16,704 nt of DNA from a bacterium (GTDB taxonomy: Bacteria > UBA10199 > 2-02-FULL-44-16 > DYJF01): the NCBI GenBank assembly GCA_041739675.1, contig JBGSNL010000004.1:1-16704 (forward strand), read 5' to 3'. Below, piece by piece: positions 1-10,895 of this stretch; position 1 is the first letter of the stretch, and every line of letters starts with the position of its first letter. Under the pieces are notes generated by a model. It saw only the letters and a program-made list of their open reading frames with translations, did no database searches and was not told where the DNA came from. The translations under genes and the position numbers were made by a program.

Positions 1-477
1 GAGATAATGGCGGGACAAAATTCTCTTCGTGTACGCGTCGATCACGAAAACAGGCTTTTCAAGGGCGTAAAGGAGGATCGAATCTGCGGTTTCAGGGCCG
101 ATGCCGTTGACTGAGAGAAGTTTCTCGCGCATCGCATCCGCCGCTTCAGATTTCATGCCGGCAATGCGCCCGCCGTAATCATTGCAGAAGAAATTGAGAA
201 AATTTTTCAGCCGCTTCGTCTTGACGCGGAAATATCCCGCCGGGCGGATGAGATTCGCAAGTCTTGCGGGGGAAATTTCGGAAAGTTTTTTGGCAGACAA
301 AAGGCCATCGCGTTTCAGATTCGCGATGGCCCTCTCTACGTTCTTCCAATTTGTATTCTGCGTTAAGATTGCGCCGACTATCACTTCAAAGGGCGTATCG
401 CCCGGCCACCATTTTTGCGGACCGAAAAAACCATACAGGCGGCCGTACGCATCATTCAAAAGCTTTGTCTTACGCAT
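1..477 (-). CDS. Endonuclease III-related HhH-GPD DNA glycosylase family protein; 3' end lies beyond the left edge of the window
   Basis: Not in the ORF track. My translation from ATG at 477 gives MRKTKLLNDAYGRLYGFFGPQKWWPGDTPFEVIVGAILTQNTNWKNVERAI...LIRPAGYFRVKTKRLK...LLSVNGIGPETADSILLYALEKPVFVIDAYTKRILSRHYL. It carries the WWP, GAILTQNT, HhH (GIGPETAD) and V(I/V)DAYT motifs, and the frame stays open to position 1. Confidence 0.93.
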   Translation of the reverse strand, partial: MRKTKLLNDAYGRLYGFFGPQKWWPGDTPFEVIVGAILTQNTNWKNVERAIANLKRDGLLSAKKLSEISPARLANLIRPAGYFRVKTKRLKNFLNFFCNDYGGRIAGMKSEAADAMREKLLSVNGIGPETADSILLYALEKPVFVIDAYTKRILSRHYL

Positions 478-814
478 TTGCCGCAGGTTCTGTCTTCGGC
501 GCGGCCGGTTTTGCCTCTGCTGCCGGGGCCGCCACTGCGGGCGCTGCTGCCACCGGGGCTGCCGCCGCTTCAGGCGCCGCGGTCACTCCCGCCACTCCCG
601 CCTTCTTTGATGCGGACCATGCCTGATAATGCTGTTCGCAGTATCCCTTCTTGAATAGCGGCTTCTTGCATTTCTCTTCTTTGCAGATCTTGTAACGCGG
701 AGTTTCGTCCAGCTCGCCTCTGCGCCATTTACGGAAATGGACATTGCAGTATCCCTTTGAGCGGTACGGGCGTTTGCACCCTTCCATCTTGCACTTCATT
801 CCCTCTTTCGGCAT
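470..814 (-). CDS. Small basic protein with two C-x4-C-x9-C-x2-H motifs and an Ala/Pro-rich tail (VegA-like putative zinc-binding protein)
   Basis: Motifs CKMEGCKRPYRSKGYCNVH and CKEEKCKKPLFKKGYCEQH. Start placed at ATG 814 because AAGGAGG lies just upstream. The resemblance to the Cys/His motif of Myxococcus VegA is from recall. Confidence 0.75.
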   Translation of the reverse strand: MPKEGMKCKMEGCKRPYRSKGYCNVHFRKWRRGELDETPRYKICKEEKCKKPLFKKGYCEQHYQAWSASKKAGVAGVTAAPEAAAAPVAAAPAVAAPAAEAKPAAPKTEPAANA

Positions 815-834
815 CACTTCCTCCTTGCCCACTT

Positions 835-876
835 GCCCGCCGACGTTTTGTGGCGGGACGGTGCCTTGTGGCGGGC
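835..876. repeat. Short GC-rich intergenic palindromic element bounded by GCCCGCC...GGCGGGC
   Basis: GCCCGCC at 835-841 is the reverse complement of GGCGGGC at 870-876. TTGTGGCGGG occurs twice (848-857 and 866-875). Confidence 0.55.
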
Positions 877-1226
877 TATTTCTTCACCGGTGGTGTTGTT
901 GGCGTTGTTGGTGCGGGTGCTGCCGGTTGCGGCGCACCAGATTGCGGCGCTCCCGCTTGCGGCGCCTGCATCTCCTGCTTTATAACGTTTTCAAGTTCCT
1001 TCTTCTCATCTGTTGTAGGCTCGGGCGAAACCGCTTCCCCTACCGCTTTTATCCCCTCGCCGACGAGAGATCTCATATCCTTCACGCCTTCATCGTAGGT
1101 CTTGGCTCCGACGATCCCTCTTGCGTAATCGGCCATCGTCTTCCCACGGATCTTCGTACCCGTTACCCAGAGGACAATGATCGCCACAATTGCGATTATA
1201 ATGAGCCACTTGATCAATTTAAACAT
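876..1226 (-). CDS. Hypothetical protein with an N-terminal membrane anchor and a Pro-rich C-terminus
   Basis: 116-aa ORF. The hydrophobic N-terminus is MFKLIKWLIIIAIVAIIVLWV, a GGGGAG SD precedes the ATG, and the tail has APQAG/APQSG repeats. Confidence 0.8.
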   Translation of the reverse strand: MFKLIKWLIIIAIVAIIVLWVTGTKIRGKTMADYARGIVGAKTYDEGVKDMRSLVGEGIKAVGEAVSPEPTTDEKKELENVIKQEMQAPQAGAPQSGAPQPAAPAPTTPTTPPVKK

Positions 1227-1246
1227 ACGCTCCCCCTTTGGCGGGA

Positions 1247-1275
1247 GGTGTAGCTAATGCGGGGCGTCCGGTCAA
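1247..1275 (-). promoter_or_regulatory. Possible sigma70-type promoter for the 876-1226 gene
   Basis: Minus strand TTGACC-N17-TACACC; the -10 match is weak. Confidence 0.4.
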
Positions 1276-1289
1276 CTGTTTTTGGGATA

Positions 1290-1318
1290 TGGACAGCATT
1301 CCCCCGCTCTGCTATTAT
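1290..1318 (+). promoter_or_regulatory. Sigma70-type promoter for the HD-GYP gene
   Basis: TGGACA (1290-1295)-N17-TATTAT (1313-1318) with an extended TG. ATG 1328 follows 9 nt later with no SD. Confidence 0.6.
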
Positions 1319-1327
1319 GCGTTACCC

Positions 1328-2284
1328 ATGGAAAAGAAACCGAAAATCCTCATCGTCGATGACAACAAAGTGAACGTTGAACTCTTAAGATCCCAGCTAA
1401 AGCCCTATCAGTACAACATGGAGGTCTCATACGACGGGGAGGAGGCGCTGGGGAAGATCGCCGCCGCGCCGCCCGATCTGGTCCTTTTGGACCTTATGAT
1501 GCCTAAGATATCGGGGTTCGAGATCTGCCGCTCGATCAAGCAGAACAAGGATACGCAGTTCATCCCGGTCATCGTCATCACCGCCCTTCAGGAGCTGGAC
1601 GACAAGCTGAAAGCCATCGAGCTGGTCGCGGACGATTTTCTGGTGAAGCCCATCAACCGGCTGGAGCTCACGACGCGCATCAAATCGCTTCTCCACATGA
1701 AATCCCTGCACGACGATCTGGACACGAGCGAATCGATCCTCATCTCTCTTGCGGAGGCGCTCGAAGCCAAGGACTTTTACACCCGCGGCCATTCGGAGCG
1801 GGTCGCCGAGATAGTCGTCCTTCTTGGAAGGCAGATGGGAATAAGCGAGCACGATCTGGATTATGTGCGCAAGGGGAGCCTTCTTCATGACATCGGCAAG
1901 ATCGGTATCAAGGAATCGATTCTCCTTAAGCCGGGAAAGCTCACCGAAGAGGAGATGGCGCACATCCGTTCCCATCCCGCGCGCGGCTATGATATTTGCG
2001 CGCCTCTGAAATCGCTTGAGCCGTGTCTCGCGATCATCCGGTCGCATCACGAACGCATGGACGGTGAAGGATACCCGGACGGCCTCAAGGCAGACGAGAT
2101 CCCGCTTCCGGCGAAAATCACGGCCGTAGCGGACGCCTTTGACGCAATGACCACCGACCGCCCCTACCGCAAGGGCATGAGCAAAGAGACGGCGCTCAAA
2201 ATTTTTGAAAACGAGATGGAGAGCGGCCAGTGGGACCCGGCAGTCGTCAAGTCGCTCCTGGAAATTATGCATAAGCATCACTGA
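1328..2284 (+). CDS. Response regulator with HD-GYP domain (RpfG-like putative cyclic dinucleotide phosphodiesterase)
   Basis: REC domain: ILIVDD, DLVLLDLMMP, IVITA, KP. HD-GYP domain: YTRGHSERV, LLHDIGKI, HHERMDGEGYPDGL, VADAFDAMTTDRPYR. Start moved from 1238 to MEKKPK at 1328. Confidence 0.95.
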   Translation: MEKKPKILIVDDNKVNVELLRSQLKPYQYNMEVSYDGEEALGKIAAAPPDLVLLDLMMPKISGFEICRSIKQNKDTQFIPVIVITALQELDDKLKAIELVADDFLVKPINRLELTTRIKSLLHMKSLHDDLDTSESILISLAEALEAKDFYTRGHSERVAEIVVLLGRQMGISEHDLDYVRKGSLLHDIGKIGIKESILLKPGKLTEEEMAHIRSHPARGYDICAPLKSLEPCLAIIRSHHERMDGEGYPDGLKADEIPLPAKITAVADAFDAMTTDRPYRKGMSKETALKIFENEMESGQWDPAVVKSLLEIMHKHH

Positions 2285-2289
2285 TCGTC

Positions 2290-3042
2290 ATGGACGAATT
2301 AATCACCACAATTCTTCACCGGCCGTATGTCTTTGCGTTCCTTCTGGCCTATCTTTTTCTCTCCGTAAAGCGGTGGGGATGGAAAACATCTCTTTTATGG
2401 CTCGCTTCGGGCTATATCATCGCATGGATCTCGGAATATGCCTCAATTCACGTCAATTTCCCCTACGGCGAGTATCATTATATATATGAAAACCTGCAGG
2501 GGGAACTCCTTGTCGGCGGGGTCCCCTTTTTCGACTCCCTTTCATATCCCTTCCTGATCTTTGCCGGATACACGACGGCGGAATTCATTACGCGCCGCAC
2601 GTCGTACGCCGTTTTTCTGGGCGCCCTTCTCACGATGCTCTTAGACGTCATCATCGATCCCATCGCAACGATGGGCGACAGATGGTTCCTCGGAAAGATC
2701 CATTTCTACGCCCACCCGGGCTGGTATTTCGGCGTGCCACTGACGAATTTCGGCGGCTGGTTTCTGGTACCGCTGGCGGTAATTGCTTTCAATGTGTTTT
2801 TATCTTCAAGGCTCGCTGACACTCACTCGAAGAATACGAAAACGGGCACGATTCACGGTCCAGCATACGAATGGTTGTATCCCGCCTTTTATATCAGCAT
2901 CGCCCTCTTCAACATCGCGGTCACATTCTGGGTGGGTGAATGGAAGCTGGGAACTTCAAGCTCGGTGATTTTGTGCGCGATAACTGCCGCGATTATGCTC
3001 GCGTCTCGGAGTGCTCCTGCCCGTCGTATGACAGGATCTTAG
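2290..3042 (+). CDS. CruF/DUF422-like integral membrane protein ('carotenoid biosynthesis protein' family)
   Basis: Multiple hydrophobic segments plus family-typical motifs FPYGEYHY, GGVP, LDVIIDP and YFGVPLTNFGGWF. Confidence 0.8.
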   Translation: MDELITTILHRPYVFAFLLAYLFLSVKRWGWKTSLLWLASGYIIAWISEYASIHVNFPYGEYHYIYENLQGELLVGGVPFFDSLSYPFLIFAGYTTAEFITRRTSYAVFLGALLTMLLDVIIDPIATMGDRWFLGKIHFYAHPGWYFGVPLTNFGGWFLVPLAVIAFNVFLSSRLADTHSKNTKTGTIHGPAYEWLYPAFYISIALFNIAVTFWVGEWKLGTSSSVILCAITAAIMLASRSAPARRMTGS

Positions 3043-4504
3043 GGATACCTTCGACAATCGTTTTGATATGCACGGGCCTTCGCCAGAGGGCGAAAAGGTT
3101 CTTCAAAGTTTCATGGGCGTAATCCAGCCGGAGATCGATGCCCTCGTGTGTGTGCTCCAGAAGCATCTCCGCCCTGTTCTTGTAGTTGGCGTCCACAAGG
3201 TTGATGGTCGGATGGCCAAAGTTGGTGAGATGAAACAAGAGCTTCTGTTTGATCGAGCCGAACTCCCTGCTCGCTATCTCGAACTCCTTTGAGGTCAGAT
3301 CGTAGGCGTAAACGAAAAGTCTGTGCTCCTGGCAAAACTCCGGGGTCAAAAACGTGTCGATGAAGGTTATATCATTATATAAGCGCCTCACCTCGAAGAT
3401 CTTCTTGCGGCCGAGCCCCAGTTTTTTATCCCAAAGTTTTTTGGTCACCATGTCGTCGCAGTCTTCGTACTCTTTTCCGAATTTGCCCTTGTTCCAGCGG
3501 TCTTCGATATCGCGGAAGAGCTCCAAACCTATCTTGTAAGGATTCAATCTTCCGGGGCTCGTCGCAACCGTGCCGGAGTGATGATCCGCATAGTCGATTA
3601 TTTCGCTGTCCTTCAAGGCCTTCTCCGTCATGATCTTGGAATGCCAATATGAGGCCCATCCTTCATTCATGATCTTCGTCTGTCCTTGAGGTGTGAAGTA
3701 ATAACCCTCTTCGCGGATGATGCCCAAGACGTCGCGCTCCCATCTTTCAAGCGGCGCATTTTCAAGCAGGAAGAGAAGCACGTCTCTTTCAGGATGCTCA
3801 GGGAAACGTTTTTCCTTTTTCGCCTCGTCCTCCAGCCACCTCTGCTGCGCGATGATGAAATCGTCCGGGTTTATGTAATCTTCGAGATAGGGGCGCGAAA
3901 CTCTGAGCCTTCTCACGACGCGGTCGTCGCCCGTCACGTCTTCGTGCGGCGCTCGACGCCTTCTTATGGCCGGGGCATGGTAATCGATGAGCGAATCAAG
4001 GGAGAGACAGGCGTCTATGAAATCTTCGACGATGTCCCTGCCGTATCTGTCTATGTAGCGGAGGATGCGCGTCTTGTGGTTGGCCATCTCGTCCATCATC
4101 TTGCGGTTCGTGTGCGCAAAATAAACGTTGTTCTTGAAAAAATCGCAGTGCGCGTAGACGTGGGCCATCACGAGCTTCTGATCCACCATACCGTTGGAGT
4201 AGAGAAGATAGGCGTAGCAGGGGTCGGTGTTGACGACCATCTCGTAAATCTTCGAAAGGCCGTAGGAGTAGCTCTTCGAGAGCTGCTCGTATTCCATGCC
4301 GAAGCGCCAGTGCGGATAACGGTTGGGAAAGCCGCCGTACGCGGCCACCTCGTTCAACTGGTTCCAGTCCAGCACCTCGAAGATAACGTCGTAATAATCG
4401 AGCCCGTATGCCTTGGCGTAACCTTCGATCTCCTTTTTGAGCTTGTGGAGCTCAGGGGGCAGAGAGGTCATGTACTTTCCGGAGCTTGTGGGTTTGGATT
4501 TCAT
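2993..4504 (-). CDS. spoVR: SpoVR family protein
   Basis: Motifs [50 protein letters not shown] and NPYKIG. It sits in the canonical position after yeaG-yeaH. Confidence 0.96.
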   Translation of the reverse strand: MKSKPTSSGKYMTSLPPELHKLKKEIEGYAKAYGLDYYDVIFEVLDWNQLNEVAAYGGFPNRYPHWRFGMEYEQLSKSYSYGLSKIYEMVVNTDPCYAYLLYSNGMVDQKLVMAHVYAHCDFFKNNVYFAHTNRKMMDEMANHKTRILRYIDRYGRDIVEDFIDACLSLDSLIDYHAPAIRRRRAPHEDVTGDDRVVRRLRVSRPYLEDYINPDDFIIAQQRWLEDEAKKEKRFPEHPERDVLLFLLENAPLERWERDVLGIIREEGYYFTPQGQTKIMNEGWASYWHSKIMTEKALKDSEIIDYADHHSGTVATSPGRLNPYKIGLELFRDIEDRWNKGKFGKEYEDCDDMVTKKLWDKKLGLGRKKIFEVRRLYNDITFIDTFLTPEFCQEHRLFVYAYDLTSKEFEIASREFGSIKQKLLFHLTNFGHPTINLVDANYKNRAEMLLEHTHEGIDLRLDYAHETLKNLFALWRRPVHIKTIVEGIPKILSYDGQEHSETRA

Positions 4505-5597
4505 TTACCTTTTTCCAAAAACGTTTTTATCGAATCGATTATCGCGTCGCGGTTGGGTATCTTCGACGTGATGATCCTCTCGTCGCTCGGGAACTTCTCC
4601 TCAAGATCTTTCAAGAACTGCCCGCTTCCGTATTCGCTCTCCACCTGCCCGTAGCAAAAGACGTTCGCGAAAGTTAATATCCTGTCGGTCAAAAGCTTCA
4701 TGCACTCGTCGGTGTCGTTTCCCGACCAATTGTCGCCGTCTGAAAACTGGAAGGGATAGATGTTCCAGTCCGCTACCGGATAATTCTCTTCCACCATCTT
4801 GATGAGAAGCTTGTAGGCGGACGAGATGATCGTTCCGCCGCTCTCGCGCGTGTGGAAAAACGTATCACGGTCCACCTCGCGCGCAACCGCGTCGTGTATG
4901 ATGTAGCGCACCTCGACGTTCTGATAATTGGACCGGATCCACGTGTCGATCCAGAACGACTCAAGGCGCACGATCTCTTTCTGCTCCGAGCCCATCGAGC
5001 CCGATACATCCAGAATGTAGATGATCACCGCCTTGGCCTGCGGGCGCTTCACTTCTTTCCACGTGCGGTAGACGCGGTCCTCGTGCGTGGGGATGACGAG
5101 CGGCGCGCGCGGATCGTACGTGCCCATCATGATCTGGCGCTTGAGCGCCTTGCGGTATGTCCTCTTGAAATGGCGGAGCGATTCCGGACCCACCGGCGCA
5201 ATACCGGTGTATTTGTGGCCACGGCTCTCCAGATCCTGCTGCCCCTTGGGAACGATGCGCGGGAGCTCCAGCTCTTCTCCCAGCATCCGGGCGAGCTCCT
5301 CGAAGGTGATCTCCACCTCCATCAGATGTTCGCCGGGAAGATTTCCCGCCTTCGACTGCCCGTCGCCGGGGCCCACAGGCTGGCCCTGATCGCCGTCGCC
5401 TTCGCCCACGCCTCCCGCCTGCTCTTCGGAATGTACAAAACGCGGGATGTCGATGCGGGGAATGGGGATGGAAATGAGGTCCTTTCCCTTTTTGCCTATG
5501 AGTTCACCCGTGGCGACGAATTTGCGGAGCTCCTTTTTAATCTTGCCCCTTATTATCGCCTTGAAACGGGCAACATCCTGATCGATCTTCTGCGCCA

Positions 5598-5598
<1 letters not shown>
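4501..5598 (-). CDS. yeaH: YeaH/YhbH (DUF444) family protein with a vWA-like domain
   Basis: Gly-rich GVGEGDGD segment, [23 protein letters not shown] and FSDGDNW. It overlaps spoVR by 4 nt and prkA by 1 nt. Confidence 0.95.
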
Positions 5599-7694
<2,096 letters not shown>

Positions 7695-7721
7695 AAATCC
7701 TCCTTATTGATGACAAAAGAG

Positions 7722-7751
7722 ATGATACCACGCGGTTCATTCCGATTTCAA
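7722..7751 (-). promoter_or_regulatory. Possible internal promoter for prkA-yeaH-spoVR, overlapping the 3' end of mlaD
   Basis: Minus strand TTGAAA-N18-TATCAT with an extended TG (TGG TATCAT), 27 nt upstream of the prkA ATG. Confidence 0.5.
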
Positions 7752-8591
7752 CACTTCTCCCTCATTTTCCCGGAGCGTCGCGCGCACGACGGCCTTCATC
7801 AGCACGTTTCGGTTCGCGCGCCCGAGAAGCGTCCTCAAATCATTATACAGGCCGGGATCGCGGATAAGCATGCCCAGCGTACCTTCGCCCCTTCTGACGG
7901 AACCCAGAATCTCTTTCAGGTCCGCAGACGCCGTTTTCATCGACGACAGCATGTTTTTCAGCTCTTCCGCGCCTTTCTGATCGTATATCAGCGTATGGAG
8001 CGTACCCTGCCCTTTTTCAACCTGCTCCAGCGTGCGGCGGATTGATTTGATGGATGCCTTAAGATCCCCCTCTTTCTCACCCTCAAATGTCTTGAGAAGG
8101 TCATTTACCGTCTGCGCAGCCTCTCCGATGTTGTCCATGATCGCGCCGGCCTTGTCTGCGAGGGCAAAAATGGACGTCGTTTCCTTCGTCGGAACAAACG
8201 CGTTGGCGGGAATGACGGGCTGATCTTCGCTGCCAACGCTTATGTATATGTACTTATCGCCCAAAAGCCCCTGCGTGTTGACCATGGCAACCGAATCGAG
8301 GCGTATGCGCTCCTGGAAATGTTTGTTTATACGCAGCTTGACCGTCAACTGTTTCTCAAGGAGCTCTTCTGGAAAACGGATCTCGTCCACGTTGCCGACC
8401 GATAGTCCACCAAGCTGAACAGAGGCGCCCGCGCGAAGACCCGATATGTCCTTGAAGCTCGCATAGAGCGTGTATTGGCGCTGGAACATCTCGTTCTGGC
8501 CGCCCAGCTGAAAAAGGACGATCATGGTCAGCAAAAGACCCGCCATAACGAAAATTCCGACCCTCGCCTCAGTAAAAAACTCCCGCTTCAT
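7737..8591 (-). CDS. mlaD: MlaD/MCE family protein with a helical C-terminal extension
   Basis: N-terminal TM (EARVGIFV...), MCE motifs FKDISGLRAGASVQLGGLSVGNV and TQGLLGDKYIYI, and repeated GQGTL/GEGTLG motifs. A GGAGG SD precedes the start. Confidence 0.93.
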   Translation of the reverse strand: MKREFFTEARVGIFVMAGLLLTMIVLFQLGGQNEMFQRQYTLYASFKDISGLRAGASVQLGGLSVGNVDEIRFPEELLEKQLTVKLRINKHFQERIRLDSVAMVNTQGLLGDKYIYISVGSEDQPVIPANAFVPTKETTSIFALADKAGAIMDNIGEAAQTVNDLLKTFEGEKEGDLKASIKSIRRTLEQVEKGQGTLHTLIYDQKGAEELKNMLSSMKTASADLKEILGSVRRGEGTLGMLIRDPGLYNDLRTLLGRANRNVLMKAVVRATLRENEGEVLKSE

Positions 8592-8599
8592 AATTCCTC

Positions 8600-9349
8600 C
8601 TAGCCGTCTCCCGTTTCCATCTCGCCCGCAATGAAATTCCTGACTATCCTGTCATCCGACTTTTTCGCTTCTTCTTTCGTACCCACAAAGCTGAAGTGCT
8701 TGTCGTAGATGAGCGCGATCCTGTCGGTGACGCGGAAAGCGCTCTCCATGTCGTGCGTCACGACGATCGAAGTCACGTGGAGCTTCTGCTGGAGCTCGAC
8801 GATCATGTTGCAGATTCGTTTCGTGTTCGCAGGATCCAGCCCCGTTGTCGGCTCATCGTATAAAATCACGTCGGGATCGGTTGCGATCGCGCGCGCCAGC
8901 CCCACTCTCTTCTTCATTCCGCCCGAAAGATCTGCCGGCATCATCTCTTCGATTCCGGGAAGACCCACGAGTTGCAACTTTGTGGCAACGATCTTGGCGA
9001 TCTTGTCCTCGTCGTACTTGAAATGCTCGCGCAGCGGATACGCCACATTTTCAGCGACGGTCAGCGAATCAAAAAGGGCCGCGCCCTGAAAGAGCATCCC
9101 GATCCGGCTGCGCATTCTGATGATCTCTTTCTCCTCCATCTCGCCCAGACTTTCACCTTTGAAGAGCACATTACCCTTGTCGGGTCTCAAAACGCCGAGG
9201 AGGAGTTTTAAGAAAACGGTTTTCCCCTTACCCGAACCGCCGATGATCGTGATCGTCTCACCCTGCGCAATCGACAGGTCGGCACTCTCCAGCACCTTGT
9301 TCGCGCCGAACGATTTTGAAACCTTTTGAAATTCGATGACAGGTGCCAT
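8600..9349 (-). CDS. mlaF: MlaF/Mkl-type ABC transporter ATP-binding protein
   Basis: Walker A GGSGKGKT, LFQGAALFDSLTV, signature LSGGMKKRVGLARA, Walker B ILYDEPTTGLDP and VTHD. Start set at ATG 9349, 1 nt after the mlaE stop. Confidence 0.95.
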   Translation of the reverse strand: MAPVIEFQKVSKSFGANKVLESADLSIAQGETITIIGGSGKGKTVFLKLLLGVLRPDKGNVLFKGESLGEMEEKEIIRMRSRIGMLFQGAALFDSLTVAENVAYPLREHFKYDEDKIAKIVATKLQLVGLPGIEEMMPADLSGGMKKRVGLARAIATDPDVILYDEPTTGLDPANTKRICNMIVELQQKLHVTSIVVTHDMESAFRVTDRIALIYDKHFSFVGTKEEAKKSDDRIVRNFIAGEMETGDG

Positions 9350-9350
9350 T

Positions 9351-10163
9351 TTATAAAAATACAATCAACTTCGTTAAGAAAAAGTCCGAAATAAAAATTA
9401 CGATCGACGAGAAAACCACCGCGCGCGTGGTCGCGCGGCCCACGCCTTCCGTTCCGCCTATCGTGCCCAGACCCTCGTAGCATGAAATGATTGCTATCGC
9501 GAAACCGAAGAAAATCGCCTTGTAAACGCCGCTCGTGAAATCTTCTATCAAAACTGTCCTTCGAATCTGGTCGAGATAGAAATTAGCCGAGACGCCCGCT
9601 TCCCGAACTGTAATGATCATGCCGCCGAAAGATCCTATCACGTCGGCGATCACCGTGAGAATGGGACAGGCGATGACGGTCGCCAGAACCCTCGGCACAA
9701 CCAGCTTTGCAACCGGATTTGCGCCCATCGCCTCGATCGCCAGAACCTGCTCCGTCACGACCATGGAGCCCAGCTCCGCAGCGATGCCGCTGCCCACTCT
9801 TGCTGCCACCATGAGACATGTGAGCACGGGGCCCAGCTCGCGGAAGATCGCAAGGCCGACAATCTGGCCCACGTTCTGCTTCAGCCCGTATCTGCCGAGA
9901 CCTATGCAGAGCTGAAGGGCGATCACCATTCCGGTGAAGAGTGCGATCAAAACAACGATCATCAAGGAACGATTTCCAATGGCGGCGAATTGTCTTACGA
10001 GTTCCTCCACATCCAACCGGTATCTGAAAAGCCCCCTGAACGTGCGCGCCGCAAGGTATGATACGCCGCCGATGTGGTCGCATAAATTACAAAAACGCCT
10101 TCCCATGGACGCCATGAAAGCGCGGAAATTGAAAACGGAAGGCGTGATGGCCAAGTGGTCCAT
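9351..10163 (-). CDS. mlaE: MlaE family lipid ABC transporter permease
   Basis: Motifs FTGMVIALQ, RELGPVLT, RVGSGIAAELGSM.VTEQ, LVVPRV and GGTEGVGRATTRAVV. Confidence 0.96.
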   Translation of the reverse strand: MDHLAITPSVFNFRAFMASMGRRFCNLCDHIGGVSYLAARTFRGLFRYRLDVEELVRQFAAIGNRSLMIVVLIALFTGMVIALQLCIGLGRYGLKQNVGQIVGLAIFRELGPVLTCLMVAARVGSGIAAELGSMVVTEQVLAIEAMGANPVAKLVVPRVLATVIACPILTVIADVIGSFGGMIITVREAGVSANFYLDQIRRTVLIEDFTSGVYKAIFFGFAIAIISCYEGLGTIGGTEGVGRATTRAVVFSSIVIFISDFFLTKLIVFL

Positions 10164-10165
10164 AC

Positions 10166-10189
10166 GTAGCCGCAGGCTTTAGCCTGCGG
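10166..10189 (+). repeat. GTAG-type REP-like hairpin
   Basis: GTAG followed by the perfect hairpin CCGCAGGC-TTTA-GCCTGCGG, filling most of the 31-nt gap between the lipoprotein gene and mlaE. Confidence 0.65.
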
Positions 10190-10194
10190 TCTCT

Positions 10195-10731
10195 CTAGTA
10201 GTGAAACCCTTTGAAAAATTCTTCAAAATCGCTTGTGACATCGTAGGGCGCATCGGGCGGCATCACCGCGTAAAAATCAAAGTTGCAGCCGTCTTTTTTG
10301 ACGACCACAATGTCCATATTCACTGCCACGCCGTCCAAAGTTCCCGCTACCGCAAGGCGAAGCGCTCCTCTCCCGTCCAGCGTCATATCCTTTGCCGACG
10401 TGGTTTTGCGGTCGTTTGAGAGCGCACTTGCCAGCTCGCCTCCGAGTGTATCGAGTGGGCGGTCCGAAAAACTCTTTCCGCAGAAGGCGTCAGTTGAAAT
10501 GGATGCTTTATAATTCTCGTTGTACCACGTGATCGCGCGCGCGTCCGAATCGAGGCGCCGCCATCCGCCGGGAAGCTCTCCCACGCGGTAATATCCTCCA
10601 TACTGCAGAAAAACTTTGCCATGTCTGTACGACATGACTCCCCTGTGTTTCGGCGATTTGAAGATGCAACTTCCGGAGATAAAAAGGACGATAAAAACGG
10701 ATATCAACGCAATTTTGTATTTTGCCCCCAT
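10195..10731 (-). CDS. Hypothetical exported protein, probable lipoprotein; first gene of the mla block
   Basis: Signal peptide MGAKYKIALISVFIVLFISGS-C with a lipobox-like Cys. Two further Cys are present. It is co-oriented with mlaE and 31 nt from it. Confidence 0.75.
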   Translation of the reverse strand: MGAKYKIALISVFIVLFISGSCIFKSPKHRGVMSYRHGKVFLQYGGYYRVGELPGGWRRLDSDARAITWYNENYKASISTDAFCGKSFSDRPLDTLGGELASALSNDRKTTSAKDMTLDGRGALRLAVAGTLDGVAVNMDIVVVKKDGCNFDFYAVMPPDAPYDVTSDFEEFFKGFHY

Positions 10732-10740
10732 AGTGGAGGG

Positions 10741-10769
10741 AATATAGCGGGAAATGATAGTGTTGACAA
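10741..10769 (-). promoter_or_regulatory. Sigma70-type promoter for the lipoprotein-mla operon
   Basis: Minus strand TTGTCA-N17-TATATT, then 9 nt to ATG 10731 with no SD. Confidence 0.6.
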
Positions 10770-10777
10770 GTACTTAC

Positions 10778-10895
10778 GGCAAAGCTCGGACGCTTTCGGC
10801 AAACTCTTCTCGTCTCTCTCCAACGCCCATAATCTGGCGAACTTCAGCCAAGCCGAGAGACTGCGAAGAGTTTCCCTACGCCTCCGAGCTTTGCC
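10778..10895. repeat. Long imperfect inverted repeat (candidate structured ncRNA or MITE-like relic)
   Basis: Three nested perfect stems: 10778-10790/10883-10895 (13 bp), 10801-10809/10865-10873 (9 bp) and 10812-10818/10855-10861 (7 bp). Confidence 0.8.

Noticed and set aside
182..654. Plus-strand ORFs 182..610, 264..626 and 415..654
   Set aside because: Antisense shadows of the endonuclease III-like and CCCH genes.
1626..1628. Val in place of the usual Gly in the REC GADD(F/Y) motif (ELVADDFL)
   Set aside because: A single-base difference (GTC vs GGC) that could be a strain variant or a sequencing error; no functional claim is possible.
1427..2281. 284-aa minus-strand ORF
   Set aside because: Antisense shadow of the HD-GYP gene with no recognisable motifs.
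10778..10895. The hairpin identified as SRP RNA, 6S RNA or tRNA
   Set aside because: I see no SRP domain IV motif, no cloverleaf and no large central bubble. It is left unassigned pending an Rfam search.
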